The notes under the pieces: model-generated | Databases searched by the model: none | The model's input: only the letters and a program-made list of their open reading frames with translations | Told to the model about the DNA's origin: nothing | Shown here: positions 1-11,138 of the stretch, in pieces | How the letters are laid out: each line of letters opens with the position of its first letter | How positions within the stretch are numbered: position 1 is the stretch's first letter | Translations under genes and position numbers: made by a program | NCBI RefSeq assembly: GCF_963921235.1 | Contig: NC_086098.1 | Span: forward strand, 8,556,001-8,620,000 | Length of the DNA stretch: 64,000 bases | Reading direction: 5' to 3' | Origin: Mobula hypostoma | Taxonomy: Eukaryota

Positions 1-329
1 TAATTTGACTTGTCATGCAAACAGACTAGCAAGTGTCTAGTTGGGTTTTATCATAATAGCTGGAAGGGAAGAAACAGAAGATGCGTGTAATCCTTGAAGA
101 TTAATGCTTCTTCTGCTCTCACCTGACAGGCCTTTGGCTTGTGCTATAATAATCAGGCATTTAATACAGCAACATATCACTCACTTCACTCTCAATAAGA
201 ACTGAATGAGAAGAGGTAGCTTTACAGAGGTATTTTGGCACCAGCTCCTGTCACCCGCACAGGATCTACAACAATTTAAGCTGAAACACCTCACGAAACT
301 TCGCATTTGTTGGCACTCTTTTTAGAGTC

Positions 330-410
330 TAAAGGTTCCCAACCGGTGGTCCACAGACCCCTTGGTTAATGGTAGGGGTCAATGGCAAAAAAAAAGATTG
401 GGAACCCCTG
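330..410. mobile_element. ~80-bp hAT-type MITE (degenerate)
   Basis: Ends GGTTCCCAAC...TTGGGAACCCCTG form inverted repeats; reverse-complement copy of the element at 17843-17921. Confidence 0.7.
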
Positions 411-464
411 GTTAGGCTATAAGATCATGAGACATAGAAGCAGAATTAGGCCATTTGGCCCATC

Positions 465-707
465 AACACAGATGCACCCCCATCCAAAATTATAGCTTGG
501 TTTTGGCAAGTAATCAGAAATTTCATCCAGGAATTGTCCAGATTCACAATAGGTAATGTATAGAATGATTGTGTTATTTTGCCTGTTGAAACTGGGTTTA
601 ATGCTTTTATTTTATGTCCTTAATTCATCATTTTGTTATAATTTACAGATTTTGTCATTCTTCCTACAAGAGGCATTTATATTCAGACTGTTAGCATCAT
701 AGATTAA
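465..707 (+). pseudogene. Possible decayed HECT-domain E3 ligase exons (AREL1-like C-lobe) separated by a 96-bp intron
   Basis: 465-552 reads NTDAPPSKIIAWFWQVIRNFIQELSRFTI then AG|GTAATG; TTTACAG acceptor at 648, then FVILPTRG; resembles HECT WFW..V..F.QEE.ARLLQF.TG...LP.GG with small deletions. Confidence 0.45.
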
Positions 708-713
708 GACAAA

Positions 714-930
714 TCAGATTCAGATCATTTATTTATCATACATACAGTGAAGTGTACCATTTGTATTAACAAGTAACAGACCTAAGGATGTGCAAGTGTC
801 ACCAAACATTGCAGGGCCAACATAGCATGTCTACAATGTTCAGCAGAACAGCACAAGCATCGACAACCACAGAACAAGAGCATCAAAACAACAACAGCAA
901 ACCGAGCCCCATTCCTGCCTCTCACTCACC
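714..930 (-). mobile_element. SINE/LINE 3' tail fragment
   Basis: Reverse-complement similarity to the tail at 53160-53310. Confidence 0.5.
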
Positions 931-1197
931 TGCCCCATACACAGCCAATTTCTAAACTCTGGATTGGTCATCTTCATCCTCCAGCCTCCTTTGGACTCGT
1001 AGACTGCAGACTTCGGGCCTTCGACTTTCCCAGCGGACTTGTAGGCTCCAGCTATCCTTGACTTACGGATTTCCATTTGAACTTCATGCTCCAAGTCCAT
1101 CCACTGACAGATCTTTACATTTACCGTAAAGATCTCCAACTTAATTTCTTTTCCTGTTTCAAAATATTTTTCTATTTCCCCTTTACAACTGTTACAG

Positions 1198-1560
1198 TTA
1201 TCATCATCATTATGTGCCATGTCATAGGATGTGGGCGATCATGGTCTTTCCCTGACCATGATTGCTCCTGGCAAATTTTTCTACAGAAATGGCCTGCCTA
1301 TGCCTTCTTCTGGGCAGTGTCTTAACAAGACAGGTGACCCCAGTCATTATCAATACTCTTCTGCCTGGTGTCAGTAATCACATAATCAGGACTTGTGATC
1401 TGCACCAGCTGCTCATACGACCATCCACCACCTGCTTCCATGGCTTCATGTGACCCTGATCGGGGGTGCTAAGCAGATGCTACAACTTGCCCAAGGGTGA
1501 CCTGCAGGCTAGCAGAGGCAAGGAGCTCCTTACACCTCCTTTGGTAGAGACGTACTTCTC
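1198..1560 (-). mobile_element. RTE-related short non-autonomous retroelement
   Basis: Same family as 13115-13535, 34830-35180 and 38560-38848; Bov-A-like GAAGGCAATGGCAAACC motif, (ATG)n tail. Confidence 0.7.
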
Positions 1561-1561
1561 T

Positions 1562-1952
1562 CAACCGCAGGACTCTGTAGAGAGTGGTGACGACAGCCCA
1601 GTGCATCAGTAGATGTGAACTTCCCACTATTCAGGACATTTACAAAGACAGGTGTGTGAAAAGGGCCCGATGGATCATTGGGGACCCAAGTCACCCCAAC
1701 CACAAACCAACCAGCTGCTACCATCCGGGAAACAGTACCACGGCATAAAAGCCAGGACCAACGGTCTCTGGGACAGCTTCTTCCACCAGGCCATCAGACT
1801 GATTAACTCATGCTGACACAACTGTATTTCTATGTTATATTGTACATACTATTTATTACATTTACTATAAATTGCACATTTAGACAGAGACGTAACATAA
1901 AGATTTTTACTCCTCATGTATATGAAGGATGTAAGTAATAAAGTCAATTCAA
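1562..1952 (+). mobile_element. Rex1/Babar LINE 3' fragment
   Basis: Translates RVV.TAQ.I...LP.IQDIY..RC..RA..II.DPSHP...LLPSGK.Y..IKARTN.L.DSFFHQAIRLIN; AATAAA plus short-repeat tail. Confidence 0.8.
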
Positions 1953-3105
1953 TCTCCACTCAGCTACCTAATCACCAGCACATTAATGATTCAGGTATGC
2001 TGGGACAGACACACACACATCCATATCTTGCCTGGGACCCTGTTATTCATGTCTTCCATCAGACAAGGTGTGATTTGGGTATTACAGCTTAGAATGTCAG
2101 TGTTCGGATTTCAGTTCCAGCGACCTCTGTAAAGGTCATAGAAAAGTACAGCACAGAAACAGGCCCTTCAGCCCATCTAGTCCATGCCAAAACAATTTAA
2201 ACTGCTGCTATGTACTCCTAGGTTTCCTTTTTGCTGTGGACTGCCACTTTAAGACACAAGAGAGAACTGAGACTAACTTTTGGATTTCTGCTGAGAGAGA
2301 GAGGAGCAGAGTCTACCTTTCAGCCTGTGTTTACACTTTTACATGGACACTGACTACTGCTGTCAGCTTCTGGGTTGCCATGGAAAGAGAGCGAGAGACG
2401 TGGAGAGAGGTGGAGTTATTTGATGGACAATGGATGTTATCGTTTCTCTGCAGCTTGTTTTGAATATACAAGGACAGTTACAGACACAGAGAAACACATG
2501 CTCGGAGTCAAGATGGATTCAGTCATTGAAAGACACCAGTGAGTGAGGTCCTGGTTTAAACATTCAGTAGCCAAAAAGGGGTGAGTTGAAATCAATCCTG
2601 AGTATTGATAAATGACTCTCACAAGTTTTCTGCAACTAGAAGAAGTTTACAGAGGAGAGAGGAGGGTTTGAAACAGAAGAAACCTAGTGACAAAGAGGTC
2701 ACTGTTCGGACTCTTTCCTCTGTAGCCCGTGAGGGTGAGCTTGAGTTCCATTTGACTATGGAAGTGTGATTGTCACATAGTTAATTCACAAGAGTGGGTT
2801 CTCTGGTGAGGGGAGTACCTTTGTGAATACCACTTGTGTGTTACCCTTGTTTGGGTGTGGCAGTTCACTGAAGAAAGGCACCCCAGTGGCAAATCACTGT
2901 TGAAGTTATTTCCTATGTCGTGGAACTGGATAAGTGGCTATCACGTTGTGTGTTTGGGGGTGGTTCCCTTGAAGAGGGTCCTCTTAGTGATAAGCTACTG
3001 TTGGTGTAACTGCACCGGTCCAGTGAAATAATGCCCACGCAACATACAGATGTCCTTGAAGATTTATTTTTATTTCTCTCTCTCTCTTTCTTCAGAAGAC
3101 ACCGT

Positions 3106-3632
3106 TTAAGTCTCTCCAAAAAATTGTTCTCTTTTACCACCTTTGTTTCCTGGGCTTCTCTTTCTTTGATCAAATGAAATTTCTCTTCTCTGAAGCAATC
3201 TAATTCATTGATAAGTGAATTATTCTGTATATGAACTGTCTTTAGTGCTTCAGTTAATTGATCAATCTTGTCAACATCTTTTAGTAATTCTGCCCCCAGG
3301 TACTCTCTCTCATTCTTGACTTTGTCTGACATTTCCTGGACATTTTCAAGTTCTTCCTGGAGGAGAGATTTGTCATCCTCTAAAATTTTGACTTTTTCAT
3401 TCAAGTTTATAGTCTCTTGCTGGCCAGCTTTTGTTTCCTACTCAAGCTGTGTGATTATTTCACCTTTTTCACGAGTCTCCACTCTGAGACAAAGCTCTAA
3501 CTGTTGAAGCTTCTCAAGCAGTGAGTGTCTTACTTGCCCCAGATTGTAAACCTCTCCTTTCTCGACTGTAAGCGTGTTCTCCAGGGACTGCACTTCCGAA
3601 GACTTTAGCTCATTGACCTGGGACTTGTGGTC
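3106..3632 (-). pseudogene. GOLGB1: Captured host coiled-coil coding fragment, giantin (GOLGB1)-like
   Basis: NEKVKILEDDKSLLQEELENVQEMSDKVKNEREYL...DKIDQLTEAL...EEKFHLIKEREAQETKVVKE; heptad-rich, not retroelement-like; resembles giantin central rod as recalled; one in-frame stop at 3438-3440. Confidence 0.65.
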
Positions 3633-6229
3633 AACTTGTGATATGCTCTTTTCCCCAGGGTTTCTATCTCTGAAGTCTGATTTAAGGGCTCTAATGACAG
3701 TGGCTGGTGTCAATGGTGGAAATCCCTTGACAGATACACGATGGGACAGACCTGTCACTTCTGTTGACTTTGCGACCCGTGGTGAGCTGCTGACAATGCT
3801 CCAACCCAGGTCAGTCTTGATGGCATACGGCTCATCGTCACCTCCTGTGATGACATGCTGTGGTGCCAACGCTCTCGCGCAGTCATAGCCTATCAGCAGT
3901 CTAACCTCGCAATCTATCAGCTCTGGTATTTCCCGTGCTATTTCATTCAGATGTTTCCACCTCTTGGCTGTTTCAGGGGTAGGAATGTGGGAACGTTCAA
4001 GTGGGATGAAAACTCTGGTATAGGCAGGTGACAAATTGATGAAACTTTGCGAGGACAACTCTCTAACTCTAAGCCCACTAACTCTTCCACTCTGAACAAT
4101 GAAATTTTTTCCCATCATAGTGGTAAGCTTTAACTTGACTGGCTCTAATCCTGCCCCCCACCTTCTCACATACCTCTTGGTCTACAGAAGTGTTGCTACT
4201 TTGTGTATCCAGTAGGGCATACACTAAGGTCTCTGTTTTAGGGGTGGTGATTGAAGAAATCCATACAGGCACTATCATGGACGTGCTCCCACCATTGCCT
4301 CTGTCTATGCAGCAAGAAAGGGAAGATGTGTTTTCTTCCACCTGCATAACATGAGAAGATATGTCTGCTGCAGCAGAAGGATGGTCTTCATGAAGTGGTG
4401 TTGGATGATGTTCCTTACATATGCCACAAGTAGCTTTACTCTTACAGTCTTTTGAATAGTGTCCTCTCCTAAGACAGCCAAAGCACAGGTTATTGTTCAA
4501 TATAAACCTTCTCTTGTCCTCCACAGGCTCTTGGCGAGTTTCTGGCATTTGTGGATGGGGTGGCTTTCCCCACTGCACATGCACATGACTGGGTTTGAGG
4601 ATGAAAACGAAGTGTTTACCTTATTGGATCCGTTTGAAGCCTTTGAGCTGTTCTCCACGGTACTGTATGTTTCCACCACTGTGCTTGATTTATCCGACAC
4701 TTTCACATTTGTGATGAACGCGTTAGCCTTTGTGAGCTTCATGTCTCTCGATGGCATTTCTTCAGTAGGCTTCAAGGCATGCAAGGATGTTACAGGATTG
4801 CATGTGATTTCTGCTTCTTGTGCCACAAAATCAGCAAACTCCTTGAAATCAGGGAATTCCCCCATTTGTCGCCCCTGCTTTGTGACATGACGATTCCAGC
4901 GAGAGGTCACCCAATCAGGGAGTTTTTGGAGCACCCTTTGATTCTCTTCACAGTCATTTAACACCTGAAGCCCTTTGATATGTGGCTGTCATTGCTACAG
5001 GCTGTCAGAAAATCACTGAATTGTCTCAGTTTAACTGACTCCCTAGAGCCAGTCTTTGGCAAGTTATTCAGTTTTTCTCTAAATGCGCACTGGGTTACAA
5101 AGGGGTGGCCGTACGGAGCATTCAAAGCCTCCCATGCCTGGTCATAGGCTTCATCATCCTTTCTGTAGAAGCCTCCTTCCAATACAGATCGTGCCTCACC
5201 ACTGATGTATTTTTGTAGGTAGAACAACCTGTCAGCTGGATTTGTGCATCGCCATTCTATCAATGCCTTAAAACTTGTGCTCCAGTCTAAGAACCTAAGT
5301 GGGTCCCCTGAGAAGACTGAGAGCTCGGGTGTAGGGAGTCTGGTGAGAACCATTTCGTCATGTAGCGCTTGTACTAATGATGCTTCATTGTCAGTACTGT
5401 TTGTTTGTTCATTGTTACAGTTCTTACTTGTTTGTTCATTGTTATAGTTCTTACATGTTTGTACCCCTTCAAGTTCTTTATAAGGTATTGGAGGACAATT
5501 AGCCAGCTCACTGCTTGCCATTCTACTTTCCTCCAAGGCCTCACCTGAGTCAGCTTCAGAGTAAGCCTTAAGCTTTGAGGTTATTACTTGAAGATCTCCC
5601 TGACTTTCCAATCTTTTAAGTTCTTGCCTTTGTACAGCGATAGCCTCCTCCATCTCCATTTCGGCCTGCTTTGCAGCAAACCGTGCAGCACACTCTGTTC
5701 TTTTTACTGTAATGCTTTGCTGTTCTGATTAACAGCTTGAGTGGTGGCTACAAGCAGCGGATTTGGAAATTGTAGTCCCAAATATCGACTGGGCATACTC
5801 TTTGTCGAGCACCATACGAAGCCTTGCGTTTTCTGCCTTAGCATCAAACTCCTCTTGCCCCACTTCACTCATACGTATGTTCATTAGCCCCCTCAAATCT
5901 GCTGTTACTGCTGTGCAGGAATCCATCTTTCTTCTAATCTCAGTAGAAGGTGCTGACTGAGATCATATATTTCCATACACATCTTTCACTTGTGTCTCCA
6001 GCCCTTCAACAGCATCCATCATGTCACATAAGTCTCGGTCAGAGCACTCATCCTTAAGTTTGGTACGTGTAGCTCTAACTTGGTCTTTCCAGCTTTCATT
6101 TAGCTTGATGAATTCACTCTCCCTCTGAGAAGCCTCTTGTTGCTTAAGCTCCAGCATTTTTGGGGTTAACTTTCTTTCCCGTGAAGACTTCCTAGGTTCT
6201 ACTTGCTCTGGTAAACGTCGCTCTCTCAC
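3633..6229 (-). pseudogene. BEL/Pao gag (with Cys-His knuckles) and aspartic protease, frameshifted
   Basis: FSGDPLRFLDW..SF..LIE gag motif; CFGCLRRGH...C...CGICKEHHPTPLH; YALLDTQS; LLIGYD; AIKTDLGWSI. Confidence 0.85.
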
Positions 6230-6606
6230 GGTGAAATCGCGGTATACTCAACCTGACAGTGTCAGGAACCAACACTCCCGTTTTCTCCCTTGAATCAACA
6301 AGCCATTTCTCCAACGACTTCTCCAGCCACCCGCTGCTCCAGCAATCGTGCTTCCTCCTCTCTTCTTCCCGCACACGCGGCGCTCCTTACTTTGAACTCT
6401 CGGACTTGTTGGCTGCACGTTTTCACTGTAACCGCACCAGTCCAATGAAATAATACCCATGCAACATACGGATGTCCTTGAAGCTTTATTTTTATTTCTC
6501 TCTCTCTCTTTCTTCAGTAGATACCGTGAAAAATACAAGAAAATAAAGGACATAAAGTTTGAAACATACATCTCAGTCTTTTAAAGTCTCTCAAGCTAGT
6601 GTCCGC

Positions 6607-7467
6607 TGTTACGTACCCCGTAACTGGGTTGCCAAACCAGCAGAAATGGATTACTCAGTTGGAGTCTGGAGTACTAGAACTAAGAAAGTTTTATTAAAGA
6701 AACAAGCAACACAGTAATCGAAAGGATAATAAATGCAACAGTTCAGTGATGATAAACACACATGTGCACAGAAGTAAGATAACAGCATCAATCAAGCTCT
6801 ATCGTTGTCTAGGGGTAAATGACCAATTTCAAAATGACTCAAAGTTCAGTCCAGTTAGTAGTTCAGTTCGCAGTAATCGTTGCCATGGCGATGGACAAGG
6901 TGGGGGAAGAGAGACAGAGAGAACAGGAACAACTGATCATTCAGAACGGCTTCACTCACAGACCGGCGAGATGGCTCACAAATAGCTTTTGGGCGGGTCC
7001 TTGGTGATGTCACCTGAGGTCACCGACTGTGACCCCTCCTCCAGATGCGGTCGATCCTCTGCAGTGAACCCGGCACCCAGGCAAGGGCGGACACACACCG
7101 GGTTCCCGCTGATCGTACCTTTCCACCCTTGTCGTTATCTGGTACTTCTCACCCACTCGTGAGAGGCGCACCGCTTCCAGGGTCTCGTTACCTCGGGTGG
7201 CGTGTGTCCCTGTCTTAGCGAATCTGTCCCTTTTTATCCCCCTGCTGGGGTATCGCCTGTCCATCACTTCAAACAGTTCAGGGTTCAAAGGGGGGAGCCG
7301 CTCCAGACAGCTCTCTCTCCCACATCCCTTCATTACACATCTCCAGACGCTGCTCCATTGTTCCTTATCTCTCCTTCCCCTGAGGGCAGGTGGCAGACCA
7401 ACTGCTGATGCCACTGATGCTAGCCCAGGCCAGCAAACATCTTAATTTTATGTGTATTCTCGTAACA
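6607..7467. mobile_element. Solo LTR (861 bp) inserted in the BEL LTR
   Basis: TGTTACG...CGTAACA inverted termini; 4-bp TSD CCGC (6603-6606, 7468-7471). Confidence 0.85.
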
Positions 7468-7712
7468 CCGCCAATAAACAGGCCCAAACACATTAGCACA
7501 TCAGAAGTGTGCTGAAATCAAATAAATCACTAAAATGTATCACACTGTTCATATAAAGACCCCTCAACAACATTATATAAAACAAATTAAGAAAAACAAT
7601 GACCGTGTGTGCCTCTTGGACCACATGCAGAATGAGGTTATTTTAGGGCCATGTGTCTTTCTCTGCTTCCATGTTGGTTCTGACCCATAATACCACAGTC
7701 ATGCTTTTATCA

Positions 7713-7787
7713 AACTCTGGTCATGTGACATGTTAACTCTGGTCATGTGATCCATTAAACTCTGGTCATGTGACCCATTACACTCTG
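7713..7787. repeat. 3+ copies of a 22-23 bp tandem unit (AACTCTGGTCATGTGA...) in the BEL LTR
   Basis: Directly visible tandem. Confidence 0.85.
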
Positions 7788-8264
7788 CATTAAATAAACC
7801 TTACATAAAATATTTTAAGGTGATAAATTAATCATGAATTTATGACAAAAACATATAAAATAAATATTTCAATGAAACCTGTCCCTGAGACAGTTACAGT
7901 TGGTGATAATCCATTTGTGGATTCTGTTTGGGTATCATGTGGCCACTGCTTTGGGATGACCCGTAGCTGAATTTGGGTGTGGTACCACTTGTGTTGAAAG
8001 GATATTCGTTGAAGATCACTGTCGGTGACATTTCGTGTGTGGAGTGGAACAACTTCGGAGATAAAATCTACTACTATTGTTATCTTGTATTGCTGTCGTG
8101 GAATCTGTGGAATATCGACATAATTGCCTTCTCTCGATATTTACTCTAGATTACAAACATCTCTCTCTCATCACCTATTCAATGGATGAACTGAACTTTC
8201 ATACTTTACCATCTCAAGACTCTAAGCCTTGTTTCCCCCAAGCTTAATAGTTTGGGAGTTATAC

Positions 8265-9655
8265 TTCTTTCCTATAGATAGGTGACTAAAACTGTACACA
8301 ATACTCTAGATTAGGCTCACCAACTTTTTATACAATTTCAACATAACATACCATCTCCTGTATTCACTACATTGATTTATGAAGGCCAATGTGCCTAAAG
8401 CCTTTTTTATAACCTCATCTACCTGTAACACCACTTTCAACAAATTATGTACCGGCATTCTCAGATCCCTTTGTTCTACCACACTGCTTAGGGCCTGGTC
8501 ATTCACTGTAAGTCTTACCCTGGTTGGTTCTACCAAAATGCAAAACCTCGCACTTGTCTGCATTAAATTCCATCTGCCATTTTTCAGCCCATTTTTCCAG
8601 CTGATACAGATTCCACTGCAAGCCATCATAGTTTTACATAGAAACATAGAAACATAGAAAATAGGTGCAGGAGTAGGCCATTCGGCCCTTCGAGCCTGCA
8701 CCGCCATTTATTATGATCATGGCTGATCATCCAACTCAGAACCCAGCCTTCCCTCCATACCCCCTGACCCCTGAAGCCACAAGGGCCATATCTAACTTCC
8801 TTTTAAACATAGCTAATGAACTGGCCTCAACAGTTTGCTGTGGCAGAGAATTCCACAGATTCACTATCCACAAACAACAAAGGAACCAGCACTGATCCCT
8901 GCAGCACATCACTAGTCACAGGCCTCCAGTCAGACAAACAACCCTCTACTACCACTCTCTGGTTTCTCCCACAAAGCCAATGTCTAATTCAATGTATTAC
9001 CTCATCCTGAATGCAACTGAAACTTCTTCACCAGCCTCCCATGTGGGACCTTGTCGAATGCCTTACTAAAGTCCTTGTTGGCAACATCCACTGCCTTGCC
9101 TTCATCTACTTTCCTGGTAACATCCTTGAAAAACTCTATAAGATTGGTTAGACATGACCTACAATGCACAAAGCCAGGCTGACTATCCTCAATCAGTCCA
9201 TGTATATCCAAATACTTATGTATCCAGTCCTTTCCAATAACTTTCCCACAAATAATGTCAGACTCACTGGCCTATAATTTCCCGGTTTATGTTTAAAGCA
9301 TTTTTTAAACAGCAGAACAACATTAGCTCTCTGCCAATCCTCTAGATCTCTCCTGATACTAACGATGTTTGTCCCTTGACAATCCTTTTACTCTTAACAT
9401 ATCTGTAGAATGTCTTAGGATTCTCCTTCACCCTGTCTGCTAGAGAAACTTCATGCCTTCTTTTAGCCTTCCTGATTTCTTTCTTAAGTGTTTTCTTGTA
9501 TTTCTTGTACTCCATTAGCACATCATTTGTTCCTACTTACCTTTACCTTCTATGCGCCTCCTTTTTTTCTCTTAACCAGAGCCTCAATATCTCTTGAAAA
9601 CCAATGTTCCTTGCACTTGTTATCTTTACCTTTTATTCTGACAGGCATATACAGA
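8265..9655 (-). mobile_element. CR1 LINE ORF2 (RT) fragments, interrupted by a young CR1 3' end at 8637-8867
   Basis: [21 protein letters not shown] motifs; (ACATAGAA)n tail at 8637-8662. Confidence 0.85.
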
Positions 9656-9660
9656 CTAGG

Positions 9661-10050
9661 GAACACTCACAACACACTGCAGGAACTCAGCAGGTCAGGC
9701 AGCATCCATGGAAACGATCAGTCGATGTTTCGGGCCGGAACCCTTCGTCGGGACTGAAGAGGGAAGGGGCAGAGGCCCTATAAAGAAGGTGGGGGGAGGG
9801 TGGGAAGGAGAAGGCTGGTAGTCCCAGTTGAAAAACAAGTAAGGGGAAAGACAAAGGGGTGCGGGAGAGGAAGCAGGGAGGTGATAGGCAGGAAAGGTGA
9901 AGAAGGAATAGGGGAAAACACAATGGGTAGTAGAAGGAGGCAGAACCATGAGGGAGGTGATAGGCAGCTGGGGGAGGGAGCAGAGTGAAATAGGGATAGA
10001 GGAAGGGAGGGGGAGGGAATTACCAGAAGTTGGAGAATTCTATGTTCATT
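9661..10050 (-). mobile_element. Penelope-like element 3' end / pseudo-LTR
   Basis: Reads MNIEFSNFW* then a pyrimidine-rich tract and hammerhead-like motif; homologous to 26220-26670. Confidence 0.75.
9719..9756 (-). ncRNA. Minimal hammerhead ribozyme-like motif (Penelope)
   Basis: Minus strand: CAGTC-CCGACGA-A-GGG-TTCCGG-CCC-GAAA-CA-TC-GACTG; stems I and II pair; one core substitution. Confidence 0.55.
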
Positions 10051-10237
10051 CTGCCTAGTCGAGTTCTCCAGTCCGTCCTGACTGAGCACTGCTGTGACAT
10101 TTTACCTGACTAGTAACACCACCCCATCTCCTTTAATCCCTCCATCTCAGTTGTGTCTAAAACAATGGAACCCAGAATACTGAGCTTCCCCTCCTGCAAC
10201 CAAGAAGTTTGTACGTTCTCCCAATGAGCACATAGAT

Positions 10238-11052
10238 TAGCAAGGGAGATGAGGCTACGGTAGGAAACTTTGTCACATGGTGTGAGCAGAATTATCTGCA
10301 GCTTAATGTGAAGAAGACTAAGGAGCTGGTGGTAGACCTGAGGAGAGCTAAGGTACTGTGACCCCTATTTCCATCCGGGGGTCAGTGTGGACATGGTGGA
10401 GGATTACAAATACCTGGGGATATGAATTGACAATAAACTGGACTGGTCAAAGAACACTGAGGCTGTCTACAAGAAGGGTCAGAGCCGTCTCTATTTCCTG
10501 AGGAGACTGAGGTCCTTTAACATCTGCCGGACAATGCTGAGGATGTTCTACGAGTCTGTGGTGGCCAGTGCTATCATGTTTGCTGTTGTGTGCTGGGGCA
10601 ACAGGCTGAGGGTAGCAGACACCAGCAGAATCAACAAAATCATTCGTAAGGCCAGTGATGTTGTGGGGATGGAACTGGACTCTCTCACGGTGGTGTCTGG
10701 AAAGAGGATGCTGTCTAAGTTGCATGCCATCTTGGACAATGTCTCCCATCCACTACATAATATACTGGGTGAGCACAGGAGTACATTCAGCCAGAGACTC
10801 ATTCCACCGAGATGCAGCACAGAGCGTCATAGGAAGTCATTCCTGCCTGTGGCCATCAAACTTTACAACTCCTCCCTTGGAGGGTCAGACACCCTGAGCC
10901 AATAGGCTGATCCTGGACATTTCATAATTTCCTGGCATAATTTACATATTACTATTTAACTATTTATGGTTCTATTACTATTTATTATTTATGAGCAACT
11001 GTAACGGAAACCAGTTTCCCCCGGGATCAATAAAGTATGACTATGACTATGA
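10238..11052 (+). mobile_element. Rex1/Babar LINE, 5'-truncated
   Basis: LN..KTKELVVD, YKYLG, FYESVVAS, HPLH, SFLPVAIKLYN; (GACTAT)n tail. Confidence 0.85.
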
Positions 11053-11138
11053 TTTCCTCTGCGTGCTCTGTTTCCCTCCCAGAATCCAAAGACCTAGAGG
11101 TTACTAGGTTAATTGGTCATTGTAAATTGTCTGGTGAT

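Larger units (their letters stand above)
3005..7898 (-). mobile_element. BEL/Pao LTR retrotransposon, internally deleted and chimeric
   Basis: TGTAAC...GTTACA termini, TSD GTTGG (3000-3004, 7899-7903); LTR 6427-7898 (interrupted) and 101-bp LTR remnant 3005-3105 (9 mismatches by hand count); gag/protease fragments. Confidence 0.9.
2206..8262. mobile_element. LTR-like host repeat split in two (2206-3004 and 7899-~8262) by the BEL element
   Basis: TG start; sequence resumes across the GTTGG duplication; non-coding. Confidence 0.45.

Noticed and set aside
2913..3404. Coiled-coil ORF as a functional host exon
   Set aside because: It lies inside a TSD-bounded retrotransposon, has an upstream in-frame stop, shows no evident splice sites and runs into LTR sequence; reported as a captured fragment instead.
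7713..7787. CRISPR-like repeat array
   Set aside because: Eukaryotic LTR context, no unique spacers, no cas genes.
9488..10089. Pro/Leu/Ser-rich and Gly/Arg-rich ORFs
   Set aside because: Low-complexity Penelope 3' tract.
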